A stretch of DNA of 62,620 nucleotides, the filler included. It is 7 parts of 7 records of this genome, joined end to end, with 100 filler letters (N's around TTAATTAATTAA, not from the genome) between each part and the next. Parts side by side here need not be neighbours in the genome. Positions count along the whole stretch, not along the records: positions 1 to 13,168 come from SRR31147125_12774; positions 13,269 to 18,419 come from SRR31147125_12824; 5 more parts are not named here. One strand, written 5' to 3'. The notes beneath the pieces were generated by a model. It saw only the letters and a list, made by a program, of their open reading frames with translations, searched no databases and was not told where the DNA came from. The translations under genes and the position numbers were made by a program. Shown in pieces: positions 1 to 13,337 of the stretch (positions are counted from its first letter, which is position 1; each line of letters opens with the position of its first letter).

Positions 1-2507
1 CCCGGACCGGCATGCTACGGAGCCGGTGGCCCGCTAACCATTACCGATGTTAACCTGTTGCTAAACCGACTTGACTCCAGTCAGTTTGGCATACCGGTTT
101 TTAAACAAGCGGCCGTACAACGTTTAGCGGAATTAATAGATGAAATAGAAAAACAAAACGGCGAAAAACAAGCAGCCGAAGTTATACTAAAAGGATTTAT
201 CGATATTGCCAACGAAATTATGGCCGGTGCCATTCGAAAAATTTCTATATCGAAAGGATACAGCCCAAAGGATTTTGCCCTGGTTGCTTTTGGCGGTGCC
301 GGTGGGTTACACGCTTGCGACATTGCCGAGATTCTGAATATTAGCACCATACTTTTTCCTGAAGATGCCGGATTGCTGAGTGCCTACGGAATTGGGGATG
401 CGGCAGTTGAACGCTTTGCAGAAAAACAGGTACTCCGGAATTTCAATCAGGTTAAACATGAGTTGGAAACATGGTTTACTGAAATAGAAAACGAAGCCTC
501 AGAAAAACTGCAGACTGAGGGATTTAATAAAAACAATATTCATATTCGTCAACGCATGGTTTTTCTTCGTTTTAAAGGCCAGGATTCCAGCCTGGAACTT
601 CATTATTCCAACCCAGAACAGCTCATCAACGATTTTCACGAGCAGTACATAAAACTCTATGGGCATAAGGTTACCAATCGTGAAATTGAGGTAGAAACAA
701 TGCGAGTAATTGCCTCTGTTAACCATTCGAAAAACAGCGAGTCAAACAAAAACATTCCCGGCTATATCCCTTCGCCATCGCAGGTTATGGAGAATAACAC
801 TCCCGTTTATATTCGCAGTAAATTAAAAGAAGGCGCCAGATTTGAAGGCCCGGCACTTTTCCCCGATAATTTTGCAACTACCTATGTAAAAAAGGGCTGG
901 ACACTGGACTTGAAACAAGAAGGAACAGCCGTTTTAATCTGCGACCGGGATAAAACGGAAGTAACAAAAGAACAAACCCGACAAACCGAGTTAGAGTTGT
1001 TTACCAACCGCTTTATGGCCATTGCCGAAAACATGGGTGCCCTGCTGCAACGCACTTCGCTTTCAGTAAATATAAAAGAGCGCCTCGACTTTTCGTGTGC
1101 TTTGCTCGATGCTCAGGGGCGTCTGGTAGCCAATGCCCCCCACATTCCCGTGCATCTTGGAGGATTGGGTGTTTGTGTGCAAACCTTACTTAAACATTTC
1201 GATTTTAACGAAGGCGACTCCATTGTTACCAATCATCCCAAATACGGGGGTCTCACCTACCCGATGTAACGGTTGTAACTCCTGTGTTTTTCGAAGGCGA
1301 AAGAGTAGGTTTTGTTGTTAACCGGGCTCACCATTCCGAAATTGGAGGTATCAGCCCGGGCTCCATGCCGCCCAACGCCAACAACCTGGAAGAAGAAGGT
1401 GTTACTATTTCGCCATTTTTCTTAGTAAAAAAAGGAAAGGTGAACTGGGATGGAATGCGCGAAATATTAACAAACAGCAAATATCCATCGCGCTCGGTTG
1501 AAGAAAACCTGGCCGACCTGAATGCAGCACTTGCAGCCAATAAAAACGGTGCAGATGCGCTGAGAAACCTTATTGAAACTTACGGCCCGGAAACCGTTAA
1601 AACATACCTGGGCCTCTTGCGCCAACATGCCTCATCGAAAATGAGAGCAACCTTGCAAAAATTTGGCGATGGTATTTATAAGGCCAGCGAATATTTAGAC
1701 GATGGCTCTCCGCTAAAGGTCAAAATTGAACTTAAAAACGGCGACTGCTCCATCGACTTTACCGGAAGTTCTCCTGTTCATCCGGGAAATATGAATGCCA
1801 CCGAAGCCATTGTAAAAAGTGTAAGTATTTATGTCCTGCGATTATTACTAAACGAACCCATTCCGCTAAACGATGGACTGCTGGAGCCCGTGCAATTTAT
1901 TATGCCCACCGGTTTGCTAAATCCTAATTTTGATGATAATCCGGCAAACTGCCCGGCCGTTGTTGGTGGCAATGTGGAAATCAGTCAGCGATTAACCGAC
2001 ACCTTGCTGAAAGCTTTTGGCATTGTAGCAGCCAGCCAGGGAACCATGAACAACACCTTGTTTGGCAACGACAATTTTGGCTATTACGAAACCATTTGCG
2101 GAGGTTGTGGAGCAGGAAAAAACTTCAACGGAGCCAGTGCTGTACATCATCACATGACCAACACACGCATTACCGATCCTGAAATTATGGAACACCGCTA
2201 TCCGGTTCGCCTCGAAGAGTTCAGTATTCGGGAAAAATCGGGAGGTTCAGGAGAATGGAATGGTGGAGATGGAATAAAACGTAGCATTTTATTTCTCGAA
2301 CCGGTTAATCTCTCGGTACTTTCGCAACGACGAAAAATTGGTCCGTTTGGATTAGAAGGAGGAAAAGATGGCCTACCGGGATGCCAAAAAGTAGTACAAA
2401 AATCAGGAGAAGAAATCCAATTGGATTCCATTCAAAATATTAATATAGAACCGGGTGATCGTTTTATAATTGAAACGCCGGGAGGTGGAGCTTATGGCAA
2501 AAAATAG
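1..2507 (+). CDS. oplA: 5-oxoprolinase (ATP-hydrolysing), fused hydantoinase A/B type; C-terminal two-thirds, 5'-truncated at the contig edge, apparent 1-nt deletion at G5 1246-1250
   Basis: Base 1 reads PGPACYGAGGPLTITDVNLLL. Motifs FGGAGGLHAC, NIKERLDFSCAL, NAPHIPVHLG, GGISPGSMP, SQGTMNN, YYETICGG, HMTNTRITDPE, TPGGG. Adding one G at 1246-1250 restores YGGSHLPDVT and joins ORFs 58-1269 and 1284-2507. Confidence 0.9.
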
Positions 2508-2586
2508 AGTATTGCCCGATATTGGCTCCTTGCAATATTCCTTCATTCTGATATCTTTACGGGTTTATTAAGGGAACATCATTCTT

Positions 2587-3741
2587 ATGGAAACACCATT
2601 TCTGGCACTTATTATCTTATTTATTGTAACTCCTGTTGTTGTTATTTATCTCGAAGGAAAATTCTCTATTCTTAAAAAAGTAGGTGCAGTATTAATTTGC
2701 TACGGTGTTGGTTTAATAATTGGGAATATGGATGTATTGCCCCAAGGTGCGGAGAAATATCAAAATATGCTCACCGAAATTACCATTCCTTTATCGCTTC
2801 CCTTAATCCTTTTTTCGGTTGATGTAAAATCGTGGTTTAAAATGGCACGATCGGCTTTTATGGCTTTTCTCACCGGCCTGATTTCGGTATTAGCAGTAGT
2901 AATTATTGGATTTTTTATTTTTCGCGGAAGTATTGACAACATCTGGCAGGTTTCGGGAATGCTGGTTGGCGTTTACACCGGGGGAACGCCAAACATGGCA
3001 GCTATGAAAACTGCCTTAAACGTTTCGCAGGAACTTTACATAATGACGCACACTTATGACCTTACTCTTGGAGCCATTTATTTAGTCTTTATCTTATCGG
3101 TTGGGCAAAAAGTTTTCTTGTGGTTTCTACCTCCTTTTAAGCCTGTAAAAGAAAAAAATAGCAATGAGTCCTATATTGATACAAAAGAAGAATTCGAGTC
3201 GTACGAAGGAATGTTCAGGAAGAAAACATTTATTCCACTATTAGGGGCTTTCGCATTATCGGTTGCTATTTTAGGAATTAGTTATGGGTTAAGCTTTTTA
3301 GTGCCTAAAGACTACTCAACTGCAGTAATAATTTTGTTAATCACTTCTTTTGGAATTGCACTATCGTTTGTTCCAAAAATAAAAGCTATAAAAAAAACAT
3401 TTCAATTGGGAATGTACCTCATTCTTATCTTCTGTTTAACAGTTGCATCAATGGCCGACATCAGTAAATTATCTGATATTTCTTTCTCCTTATTTTATTA
3501 TGTTGCACTGGCGGTTTATGGTTCTCATATTATACATATTATTTTGGCACGTATATTTAAAATAGATGCCGATACTGTTATTATTTCAACCAGTGCCTTA
3601 ATTTGCTCGCCACCTTTTGTTCCTGTAGTTGCAGGAGCTTTAAAAAACCGACAAATTATTTTAACCGGTTTGGTTGTGGGAATTGCCGGCTACGCGGTTG
3701 GAAATTATCTGGGTGTATTAGTGGCTTATTTACTTAAATAA
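2587..3741 (+). CDS. DUF819 family integral membrane protein (putative transporter)
   Basis: 384 aa, multiple TM segments, motifs GVYTGGTPN, SALICSPPF and GIAGYAVGNYLG. Confidence 0.8.
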   Translation: METPFLALIILFIVTPVVVIYLEGKFSILKKVGAVLICYGVGLIIGNMDVLPQGAEKYQNMLTEITIPLSLPLILFSVDVKSWFKMARSAFMAFLTGLISVLAVVIIGFFIFRGSIDNIWQVSGMLVGVYTGGTPNMAAMKTALNVSQELYIMTHTYDLTLGAIYLVFILSVGQKVFLWFLPPFKPVKEKNSNESYIDTKEEFESYEGMFRKKTFIPLLGAFALSVAILGISYGLSFLVPKDYSTAVIILLITSFGIALSFVPKIKAIKKTFQLGMYLILIFCLTVASMADISKLSDISFSLFYYVALAVYGSHIIHIILARIFKIDADTVIISTSALICSPPFVPVVAGALKNRQIILTGLVVGIAGYAVGNYLGVLVAYLLK

Positions 3742-3912
3742 TTATCATAATTGAAACTATAATGCATTTTCTTTTTCTGTCGTATACATTATAATTGTTC
3801 ACGCAATTCAATGCTTAAGCTATAATAAATATTATTAAACAACTCCACTCCCCTCGCAAGCATCTCACACACAACCCACTACAAACAACCTACTCCAGAA
3901 ATGCTTATTAAA

Positions 3913-4010
3913 AATCAGCAAAACGACTAGTACGAATCAGTAAAATGACTAGCCAGCATAGGCATTTTGCTCAGCAAAATATCAGCCATGCAAGAGGAAA
4001 TATCAGAAAA
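3913..4010 (+). promoter_or_regulatory. Phased direct repeats upstream of the HYR gene, putative regulator sites
   Basis: AATCAGCAAAACGACTAG (3913-3930) and AATCAGTAAAATGACTAG (3935-3952), 16/18 identical, 22 bp apart. Further TCAG cores at 3971, 3982 and 4003. Confidence 0.5.
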
Positions 4011-4237
4011 CTTATGAACAAAAATTGTGCTTTTTTCAACATTTTGCACTAAATTTAATAGAAGTAAAAAACCAAGCTTTTTAGACAGTTATCAGAACCA
4101 TATAAATCAAACGAATGAATGTCGGCCCACCCTAGTTTTGGCTTCGTTCAATCGAAGAAGAAAACCCATATATGTACAACGCCTTTATCATAATAGCGCA
4201 CAATAATCCATTGACCAACCTGAATAAATCAGTTAAT

Positions 4238-7200
4238 ATGAGACGTAATTTTTACCAAATCCTTTCTAACATTTGGCAAAAGTTGAATGTTTACACTTTC
4301 GCATTTGCTTTAACAGTATTTCTGTCGTTTGCTTTTAATACAAACGTAAAAGCACAATCATTTATTGCAGAAGACGGTGCAACCTCGATATGCGAGGGTG
4401 AAAGCACTACCATACAGGTAATAATAAATGCCAGTGAGGGGCCTTATACCGTAGAATACTCAGACGGCTCGACAACAACTTCAGTAAGTGGTTACAGTAG
4501 TGTAGGCGATCCGGAAGCTACAAACTATGGAGGAGATCCAATTACAGTCTCTCCAACAATTTCAACAACGTACTCGCTGGTTTCTGTAAAGGATAAAAAC
4601 TCAGTTTCGCTGCCAGTTAGTTCTGCAACAGTAACTATTACGGTACATCCGCTACCAACAAATATAACCGGAAGTATTAACGTCTCATCTCCGGTTTGTG
4701 CAAATAGCGATTTTACCATTTCGGCTACAGCAACTGATGGCGACACATACGAATTATGGAACGAAGCTAATTTGTCAAAAATTTCAGATTTACCATATAC
4801 TACTTCAACAACAGCTACAACTAATTATACAATTCGTGCAATAAGTAGCTTTGGATGTACATCTTCAGCCTCTTATACGGTTACAGTTGAAAGCACACCA
4901 CCTTCAATAACTTGCCCGGGAAATCAATCTATTAATCCTCCTTTAGGTCAATGTACTGAAGCGTTACCTGATTATACAGGCAGTGTTACTGTAAGCGACA
5001 ATTGTTCGGATGCAGGTGATATTACAATAACTCAAAGTCCGGCGGCATTGTCTCCACTGATTGGACATGGAGATTTCGAAACAGTAACAATGACAGCTAC
5101 CGATGAAGCAGGCAACGAAAACACCTGTACTTTTACGGTAACTCTTATTGATAACCAGGATCCAACAATTTCTAATTTACCGGCAGATATATCTGCAAAT
5201 TCACAAAATGGAGTTTGTGGAGCCAGTGTAAGCTGGACTGTCCCCACGGCGAATGACAATTGCCCGGGACAAAGTATTGCACAAACAGCTGGAACTGCGA
5301 AAGGTGACGTTTTCCCAATTGGAGAAAGCACGGTAACTTATACTGCCACCGATGCTGCAGGAAATACTCACTCAGAAAGTTTTACTGTTACTGTTACAGA
5401 TATTGAAGATCCGGTTATTACTTGTCCGGCTAATATTTCTGTTGGCACTGATGCCGGCAGTTGCGATGCAATTGTTACTTTCGCTGCAATAACAGTTGAT
5501 GATAACTGCTCGGGAGCAACATTTGAACAAACAGCAGGTCTTACATCAGGCGCAACCTATCCGGTTGGTACAACCACCAATACATATTCAGCGACTGACG
5601 CTAATGGGAGGACATCGACAAATAGTTTTACTGTAACAGTAAGCGATGATGAAGCCCCGACTATTTCAGACTGTCCCGGAAATATAACTCAGGATAACGA
5701 CCTTAATGATTGCGGTGCTATTGTAACCTGGACAGAACCAACTTCAACAGACAACTGCGAAGGAGCAATTGCCTACTCATCCCGTTCGCACGATCCGGGA
5801 ACGACTTTCCCAGTTGGAACGACAACTGTAACTTATGAATTTAAAGATTCTAAAGATAATACCAGTACTTGTTCTTTTACTGTTACAATTAACGATACTC
5901 AATTCCCTGAAATAACCTGTAATGAAAACGATACTGTAAGTGCAGATGCAGGAGAAAGCTATGCAACCTATACTTATACAGCACCTGTTGGCACTGACAA
6001 TTGCCCAAGTGCAACAACTGTTCAAACTGCAGGTTTGGCAAGTGGTTCTCAGTTTCCGGGCGGAACAACAACCAACACATTTGAGGTTACCGATGCCAGC
6101 GGAAATAAAACAAGTTGCAGCTTTTCTGTTACTGTTCGCGACAGCGAACCTCCTGTAATTTCGGATTGCCCCGGTAACATAACACAAAACAACGATGCAG
6201 GAAACTGCAGTGCTGTTGTAACCTGGGACGAACCATCTTATTCTGACAACGCTACAGCTGTTGGAAATATTACAATCGATAAATCACATTCTTCGGGAGA
6301 CGTATTTCCTGTTGGAACAACTACCGTAACTTACACTGCTACCGATGAAGACGGTAATATAAGTAATCCCTGTACTTTCGATATAACTATTAATGATAAC
6401 GAAAAACCGGTTATTAGTGGCTGCCCTGAAGACATTGTTCGCACAAGTGATGCGGGAGAATGCACAGCTACAGTATCGTGGACAGTACCTACCGCAATAG
6501 ATAATTGCACAACATCGGGCTCTCTCATAAGAACCAGTTCTCACACTCCGGGAACAACTTTTAATTCGGGGACAACCAAAGTTTGGTATTTATTTACCGA
6601 TGAAGCCGGTAACGAAAGCGACACATGTTCTTTCAATGTTATAGTAAACGACGACCAGAAACCAATTCTTTCTGGTTGCCCAACCGACATGAATGTAGAT
6701 GCAGATGCAGGATCGTGCGGAGCCATTGTAAACTGGATCGAACCAACAGTAAGCGACAACTGTTCAGGAACAATAACCTTATATAAATCTGACGAACCGG
6801 GCGATTTATTCACACTTGGAAATACTACTGTTACATACATTGCGACCGATGATGCCGGCAACGAAAGTACTCCTTGCATTTTTACCGTTACCGTTAATGA
6901 TAATACAGCTCCAAATGCTATTTGTAATGATACAACATTTTATCTCGACGCTGATGGTTTGGTAACAATTGCTCCAACTGATGTAAGTGACGAATCAACT
7001 GACAATTGTACTTCTACAGAAGACCTGATATTGTCAATTGATAAATCTACTTTCAATTGTGATGTTTTAGGAGTAAATATTGTAACTCTGACTGTTAAAG
7101 ATGCATCGGGAAATGAAAACACTTGTTCAGCCAACGTTACTGTAGCCGATAGCACCAAACCTTCTCTTGATGCTACATCAAATATGGTAACTAAAACCAT

Positions 7201-10200
7201 TAGTACTGCTACAGGAGAATGTTATTATGAGATAAATGGTTCGGAGTTCGATCCTATAATTAATGACAATTGCAGTGGAACTGTTACAACTTCTTATTTA
7301 GTATCAGGAGCCACCAATTTAAGTGGAACAGGAACACTTGATGCTCAGCAATTAAATACGGGAGCAAATACTATTTCGTGGACTGCAGAAGACATAAGTG
7401 GCAATACTACCGAAACACCATTAACTTTTATTATAACAGTTGAAGATTCAGAGGAGCCTGAAATATCTTCCATAACGAATCAAACTGTTTCAACCAATAG
7501 TGGTTGTACTTATGTGGTTGACGGAACTGAATTTGATATTACCACAACCGATAATTGTGGCATACCAACATTAAGTTACGAAATTAACAGAAGTGGTACG
7601 TTTATAGAATCAAGTACGCTTGACGGGTACATATTTAACATAGGTACTACCCTGATAACATGGTCAGCCACTGATGGCACCAACACCTCAACTCGCTCAT
7701 TCCGTGTAACGGTTAATGATATTACACCTCCAACAATTACAGAAATGGATGATATTGTCCAGATTGTTGACGCAGGTGAATGTACTGCAATTGTTTCATG
7801 GACAGACCCGACGGCTGATGATAATTGCACTGTTGAAAGTTTTGTAAAAACAGCTGGTCCAGCAAACGGCACTGCATTCCCACTTGGAGTTACAACTGTA
7901 ACCTACCAGGCTACCGACGATGCAGGACTAATAACTGAAGAAAGTTTTACAGTTACTATTAACGATGGAATTCCTCCCGAAATAACCTGCCCGGCAGGAA
8001 GTACAGTTGAAACTCCTTTTGAAGTAAATGCCGAAGAGGGACTCTGTTACTACACTGTTCAAGGAACGGAATACGATGCTACTGCAACCGATGGATGTCT
8101 TGAAAATCTTACACTAATTAACAGTTTCGACAGTACCGCAACTTTAGAAGGTAAACACATTCCGGTAGGGGTACATTCAATTACCTGGACAGCATCAGAC
8201 GGTGTAAATGAAACTACTTGTGATATTTATCTAACAGTACTCGATAATCAAGATCCCACCTTTACACAGCCAACCGGAGTAGAAAATTCTTATGCATATT
8301 CATTAACAACAGATCCGGGGCAATGTTACCACACAGTTACCGGTATTGACTATGATTTAAGCGACATTGAAGATAACTGCGGAACAGAAACACCTACATT
8401 CGAAATAATACAAAATGGTTCTACTTATGCAACCGGCTCTAATACACTTGCCGGCCAGCAACTAGATAACGACAATGGGAATCCATACACCGTTATCTGG
8501 ACATTGACAGATGTTAACGGTCGCACAGTACAATCAACACCAATAACAATAAATGTTACCGACAACCAAGCACCGAGCTTTACATGTTATGGTAACGAAA
8601 CACGAAATATTCCGGGAACAGAATGCAAATATGTTGTAGTAGACGACGAATTTGATCCAACAGGCTTGAGTGATAACTGCGACAATCCGGGAGATATAAA
8701 CATTTCTTATAAAATTAATGGTATTGAAGGAGCCGGAACAACTTTAACCGGAACCGAATTTGTTGGCGGAGAATATAATATAGTATGGCTATTTGAAGAT
8801 ACCAGCAGCAATATCGACAGCTGTACATTTAAAGTTACTGTTCAGGATTTTGTATTTCCTGAAATATTGTCTATTGAAAATAAAACATTTGATGCCCCTG
8901 CTAATTTATGTTCTTACACGGGAACCAGCGAAGACGGTTTAGATCCGACTGCAACCGATAACTGCCCAACAGTAACACTTATAAACAACCAAAACAACAC
9001 ATCAACACTTGTTGGATTCGAATTCCCTGTTGGTATTACGGAAGTTGTTTGGACGGCGACAGATGCTTCGGGAAATACAGCGACTATGCAATATGAAGTT
9101 CAGGTAAACGATATCACATCTCCCGATTTTTCCATTGCAGAAACATTTACACGCTATGCTCCCACAACCAGTTGCACATACTTTGCAAATGGAGCAGAAT
9201 TTGATCCTCAAAACATTGATGACAATTGTACTTCAGAACATTTCTGGATTGAAAATGACAACAACAATTACAGTTCGCTTGACTATGTTGGATTTCCGGT
9301 AGGAACAACAACTGTAATTTGGAGTGTAAAAGATTTTTATGAAAATGAAACCATCCAATCAATTGATGTTATTGTATTAGATACTGTAAAACCGGTTATT
9401 TCATGCCCTGAAACTTCATATTTTAGAGTTATTGAACCGGGAGAAGACAGCTACACTCTGGGACGCAGCGAATTTAAACCCGGAGTATACGATAATTGCA
9501 CAGTTGATACGTATATTAATAGTTTAAATAGTACGAACTCACTTCCTGCAACTTTAGCTGAAGGCACCTATAACATTACATGGACAGCAACCGATCCATC
9601 TGGTAACGAAACACTCTGTACTTTTGATGTTGAAATTGCAAAAGATGTAACTCCAAACATTTCTTGTGTTGGAGATCAGTCGAAAGATGTGAACTCGGGC
9701 TGTAACTATATTGTAAATGGAACTGAATTTGATGCAAGTTCTACATCTACGGGTGTTACTCTAACAAACAATATAAATGGAACCAATACGCTTGCAAATT
9801 ATTCATTTGATACCGGACGAACATTTGTTAAATGGACTGCATCTAGAGAAATTGAGGGAACTACTTTCACAAATACATGTAGTTACTATGTATATGTTGA
9901 TGACAACGAAGACCCGGTAATTACACCACAAGCAGATATTAATACAACGACTGATGACGGTGAATGCAGAGCATTCAGTGTTGCACTAGGCACACCAACA
10001 ACAAGTGATAACTGTGGCATTGACGACTATTGGAACAATGCCCCAAGCAGCTACCCTATTGGAACAACAGTTGTAACATGGACTATTCGTGATAACAGCG
10101 GAAACTACGTTACTGCCGAACAATCAGTTACTGTTACCGACGACAATCCACCATCAATTAGCTGTAATGGAACACATTGCCGCCAGGTTGACGATGGCGA

Positions 10201-13168
10201 AAGTTTCTACAAAGTGCACGACCATGAATTTGACCTTGACGGTTATGGTGATTGCTCGGGTGTTGATAGCGTTTGGCATAACTTTACCGGAACGGCACCA
10301 CATACAAGCACACTTTTAGGAGCCGATCTGCCGGTTGGTAACAATATTATTACCTTATCGGTAAAAGATATTAGCGGAAACATTTCAACCTGCGATGTCA
10401 CCATTACTGTTAGCGACAACGATCCTCCATCTGTTACCTGTCGAGGCGATGCTAGTCATTCAACCGACGATGGCGAATGTACTTATACAATTACCACCGA
10501 CGAATTTAATGTAACAACATCAACTTCCGGTGCTACCCTAACCTATTATTTAAGCGGTGCCACCACCGGATCCGGCTCAACATTGAACGGAGCATCTTTA
10601 GACAAAGGTGTTACAACGGTATTATGGGAAGCCACAACTGCTTCCGACACTAACTCGTGTTGTATTTTCGACATTTTCATTTACGATAACGAAGACCCGG
10701 AAATAACCTGGCCTAACGACACCACTGTTTATGCTGATCTTGGTGGATGTACAGCATCTGTAGATATCGCTTCACCAATGGTTTATGATAACTGTTCAGA
10801 CTCAATAAATGTTGATATCGATCGTTCTCCATCAGGGAATTCATTTGAGGTAGGAACTAATAACATATACTGGAGGGCCGAAGACGAAGCCGGCAACATA
10901 ACAACATACACTCAACAAGTTACTGTTCTTGATTCAATTTCTCCGGAAATTAACTGTCCAACCACGACATATTACCGCGAGTATGATAATAAATATGTTA
11001 ACTACTACACTACCACCAATAACGAATTTAAACCAACGGCAAGCGACAACTGTACGCTTTCATCATACACCAACAGTATTAATTCAGGTAGTAATCTTAA
11101 TAATTACAGAATGAACCTGGGTGATTACCAAATTATTTGGACAGCAACCGATGCCGGTTCAAATGTTACCCAGTGTACTGTAGATGTAACTATCGTTGAA
11201 ACTTTCATTCCCGAAATCTCGTGTGCTAACAACGCAAGCAGAACTACAGGCGATGGATGTTCTCACGAATTTTCAGGCGATGACCTGGATGCAATTTTCA
11301 CCTCACAAACCGAAATTGCAGGGCGTACTTTAACACACGATATTCAAATAAGCGATTCGAATACGCTTCCATATGCTCCTGATGAAAACACTTTAGACGG
11401 AGCTATATTTCCTAAAGGAACAACGACTATTACCTTGGACAGGAAGTCATACAATTGGAGGTACAGAATATTCAGCGACCTGCACCAACAACATAACAGT
11501 AACAGACAGAACAGATCCGGTTATTACTCCTTCCGAAAACGACACTCTATTTGTTGATCCCGGTGAATGTTTTGCTTCTTTAACACTCGATATTCCAAGT
11601 ATCTCAGATAATTGTACTGACTCTGTAAACCTAACAGTATCTAATAACGCTCCTTCGCCATTTCTTGTGGGAACTACTAATGTAATCTGGACCATTACAG
11701 ATGAAAGCGGGAATTCTGATACTTATACCCAAAAAGTTACGGTAGTCGATAATGAAGGACCAGTTATTGAAAACTGCCCCGATACAATTATCAAAGCAAC
11801 AGCTTCAGGACCAAACTGTCAGGCTATAGTTGATTGGCCTGCAATTGTTGCAACCGACGATTGTAGTGGCATGAAATCACTAACCTCAACGCATTCGCCG
11901 GGAACATTTTTCGAGTTAGATACTACTGTGGTTACTTACACAGCAACCGATATTAATGACAATGTTTCGGAATGTTCATTTCAAATTGTAGTTCTCGATA
12001 CTCTCCCAACTGTTGAATGCACAGGAGACCAAACCCGAGTTACAAATTCCAACACATGCTCATATAAAGTACTGGGTAACGAGTTCGACCCACTTAACCA
12101 CTACGACAACTGTTCCATTGATTCGCTTATCTGGAGTTTTACCGATGCAGAAACAAGCGAAATAAGAACAGGTATTAATACTTTGTCTGGGATTACGATC
12201 CCGCGTGGGGAAGATCCGGGGCAAACTGTTATTACCTGTAAAGCTACAGACGAAAACGGAAACTTTTCAGAATGCTCATTTACAGTTACTCTCGAAGATC
12301 AAGAGGCACCAATAATTGTGGTTCCGGGTAACCAAATCCGGGTTGCAGACTTAAACCAGGCTCATTATACAATTCAGGGTGGTGAATTTGACGATGCATC
12401 AGCAATTGACAACTGTGGAATTGTTACAAAACTTGAAAATGAATATGGCGTAGAAAGCCTGGCAGGTATACAATTACCAATCGGAGAAAATATTATTCAC
12501 TGGTATGCCGAGGACGACCATGGTAACCGAAGCGAGGAAATCTTTAAAGTTACTGTTCTCGACGAAGAAACTCCAAAACTAAATACACCGGAAGCAGCGA
12601 CTTCAGCTAATACTTCCGGTTCGTGCGAAGCAGTAGTTAATTTTACAGCTCCTACATTTATCGACTACGGAACTGATACTATTGCAAGTATTACTTCTAC
12701 CATTACACCCGACTGGGCAGTTCCGGGAGCAGTCTTCCCTGTTGGTGCTACTGAAATAACTTATGTTTTAGTCGATACCTTCGGAAACGATACAACATAT
12801 TCTTTTGAAATTACAGTACTTGATGAAGAAGTACCTACAATAACCTGTCCCGACAGTACCACATACCATAAGGATGCTGACGAAGGTGAAGGATATTATA
12901 CCGTTAGCGGAACTGAATTCGATCCTCCGGCTTATGACGACAATTGCACAGCAACTCTGACCAACGATTTCAACTTAAACTCAACTTTGGCAGGAGAGGC
13001 AATTCCTGTAGGAACCACTACAATTACGTGGACAGTTAGTGATGCCTCCGGGAATACACTAGAATGCCTTATTGATATTGTTGTAGAAGACAAAGAGGCT
13101 CCGACAATTACAAGCTGCCCCGATGAAACAGTTGCAGATAATGCTGATAACGGACAATGTTCATTCCA
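4238..13168 (+). CDS. Giant secreted HYR-repeat surface protein (>2970 aa), 3'-truncated, +1 frameshift at 11435-11436
   Basis: Signal peptide ending NVKA|QS. Roughly 30 repeats of type P.I.CP...C...V.W..P...DNC...FPVGTTTVTY.ATD..GN...C.F.VTV.D. Removing one T restores ITWTGSHT... and reads through into ORF 11667-13220. Confidence 0.88.
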
Positions 13169-13268
13169 NNNNNNNNNNNNNNNNNNNNNNNNNNNNNNNN
13201 NNNNNNNNNNNNTTAATTAATTAANNNNNNNNNNNNNNNNNNNNNNNNNNNNNNNNNNNNNNNNNNNN
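13169..13268. other. Artificial contig spacer
   Basis: 100 nt of N flanking TTAATTAATTAA (stops in all frames). Confidence 0.99.
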
Positions 13269-13286
13269 GGCGTCTAGTTTACTCAT
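13269..13286 (-). CDS. 5' stub of the next gene (MSKLDA...), product unknown
   Basis: ATG at 13286 preceded by GGGAGG RBS; runs off the contig after 6 codons. Confidence 0.4.
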
Positions 13287-13337
13287 TAAAACCCTCCCGT
13301 AATACGGTATTATCAAATTAAAAAGGAATAAGTACTC

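Noticed and set aside
1133..1321. Separate hydantoinase A and B genes, or a programmed frameshift
   Set aside because: The break falls inside the conserved GGSHLPD motif at a G5 run; a 1-nt error is more parsimonious.
3840..3900. C/A-skewed tract upstream of the HYR repeats
   Set aside because: No periodicity, ORF or fold that I can support.
4525..11695. Many short antisense and off-frame ORFs inside the HYR gene, and likewise inside the other long CDSs
   Set aside because: Shadow ORFs of a strong coding frame with no recognisable motifs.
13213..13224. TTAATTAATTAA recurring six times as a possible repeat or CRISPR
   Set aside because: Always centred in 100-nt N spacers; it is an assembly linker.
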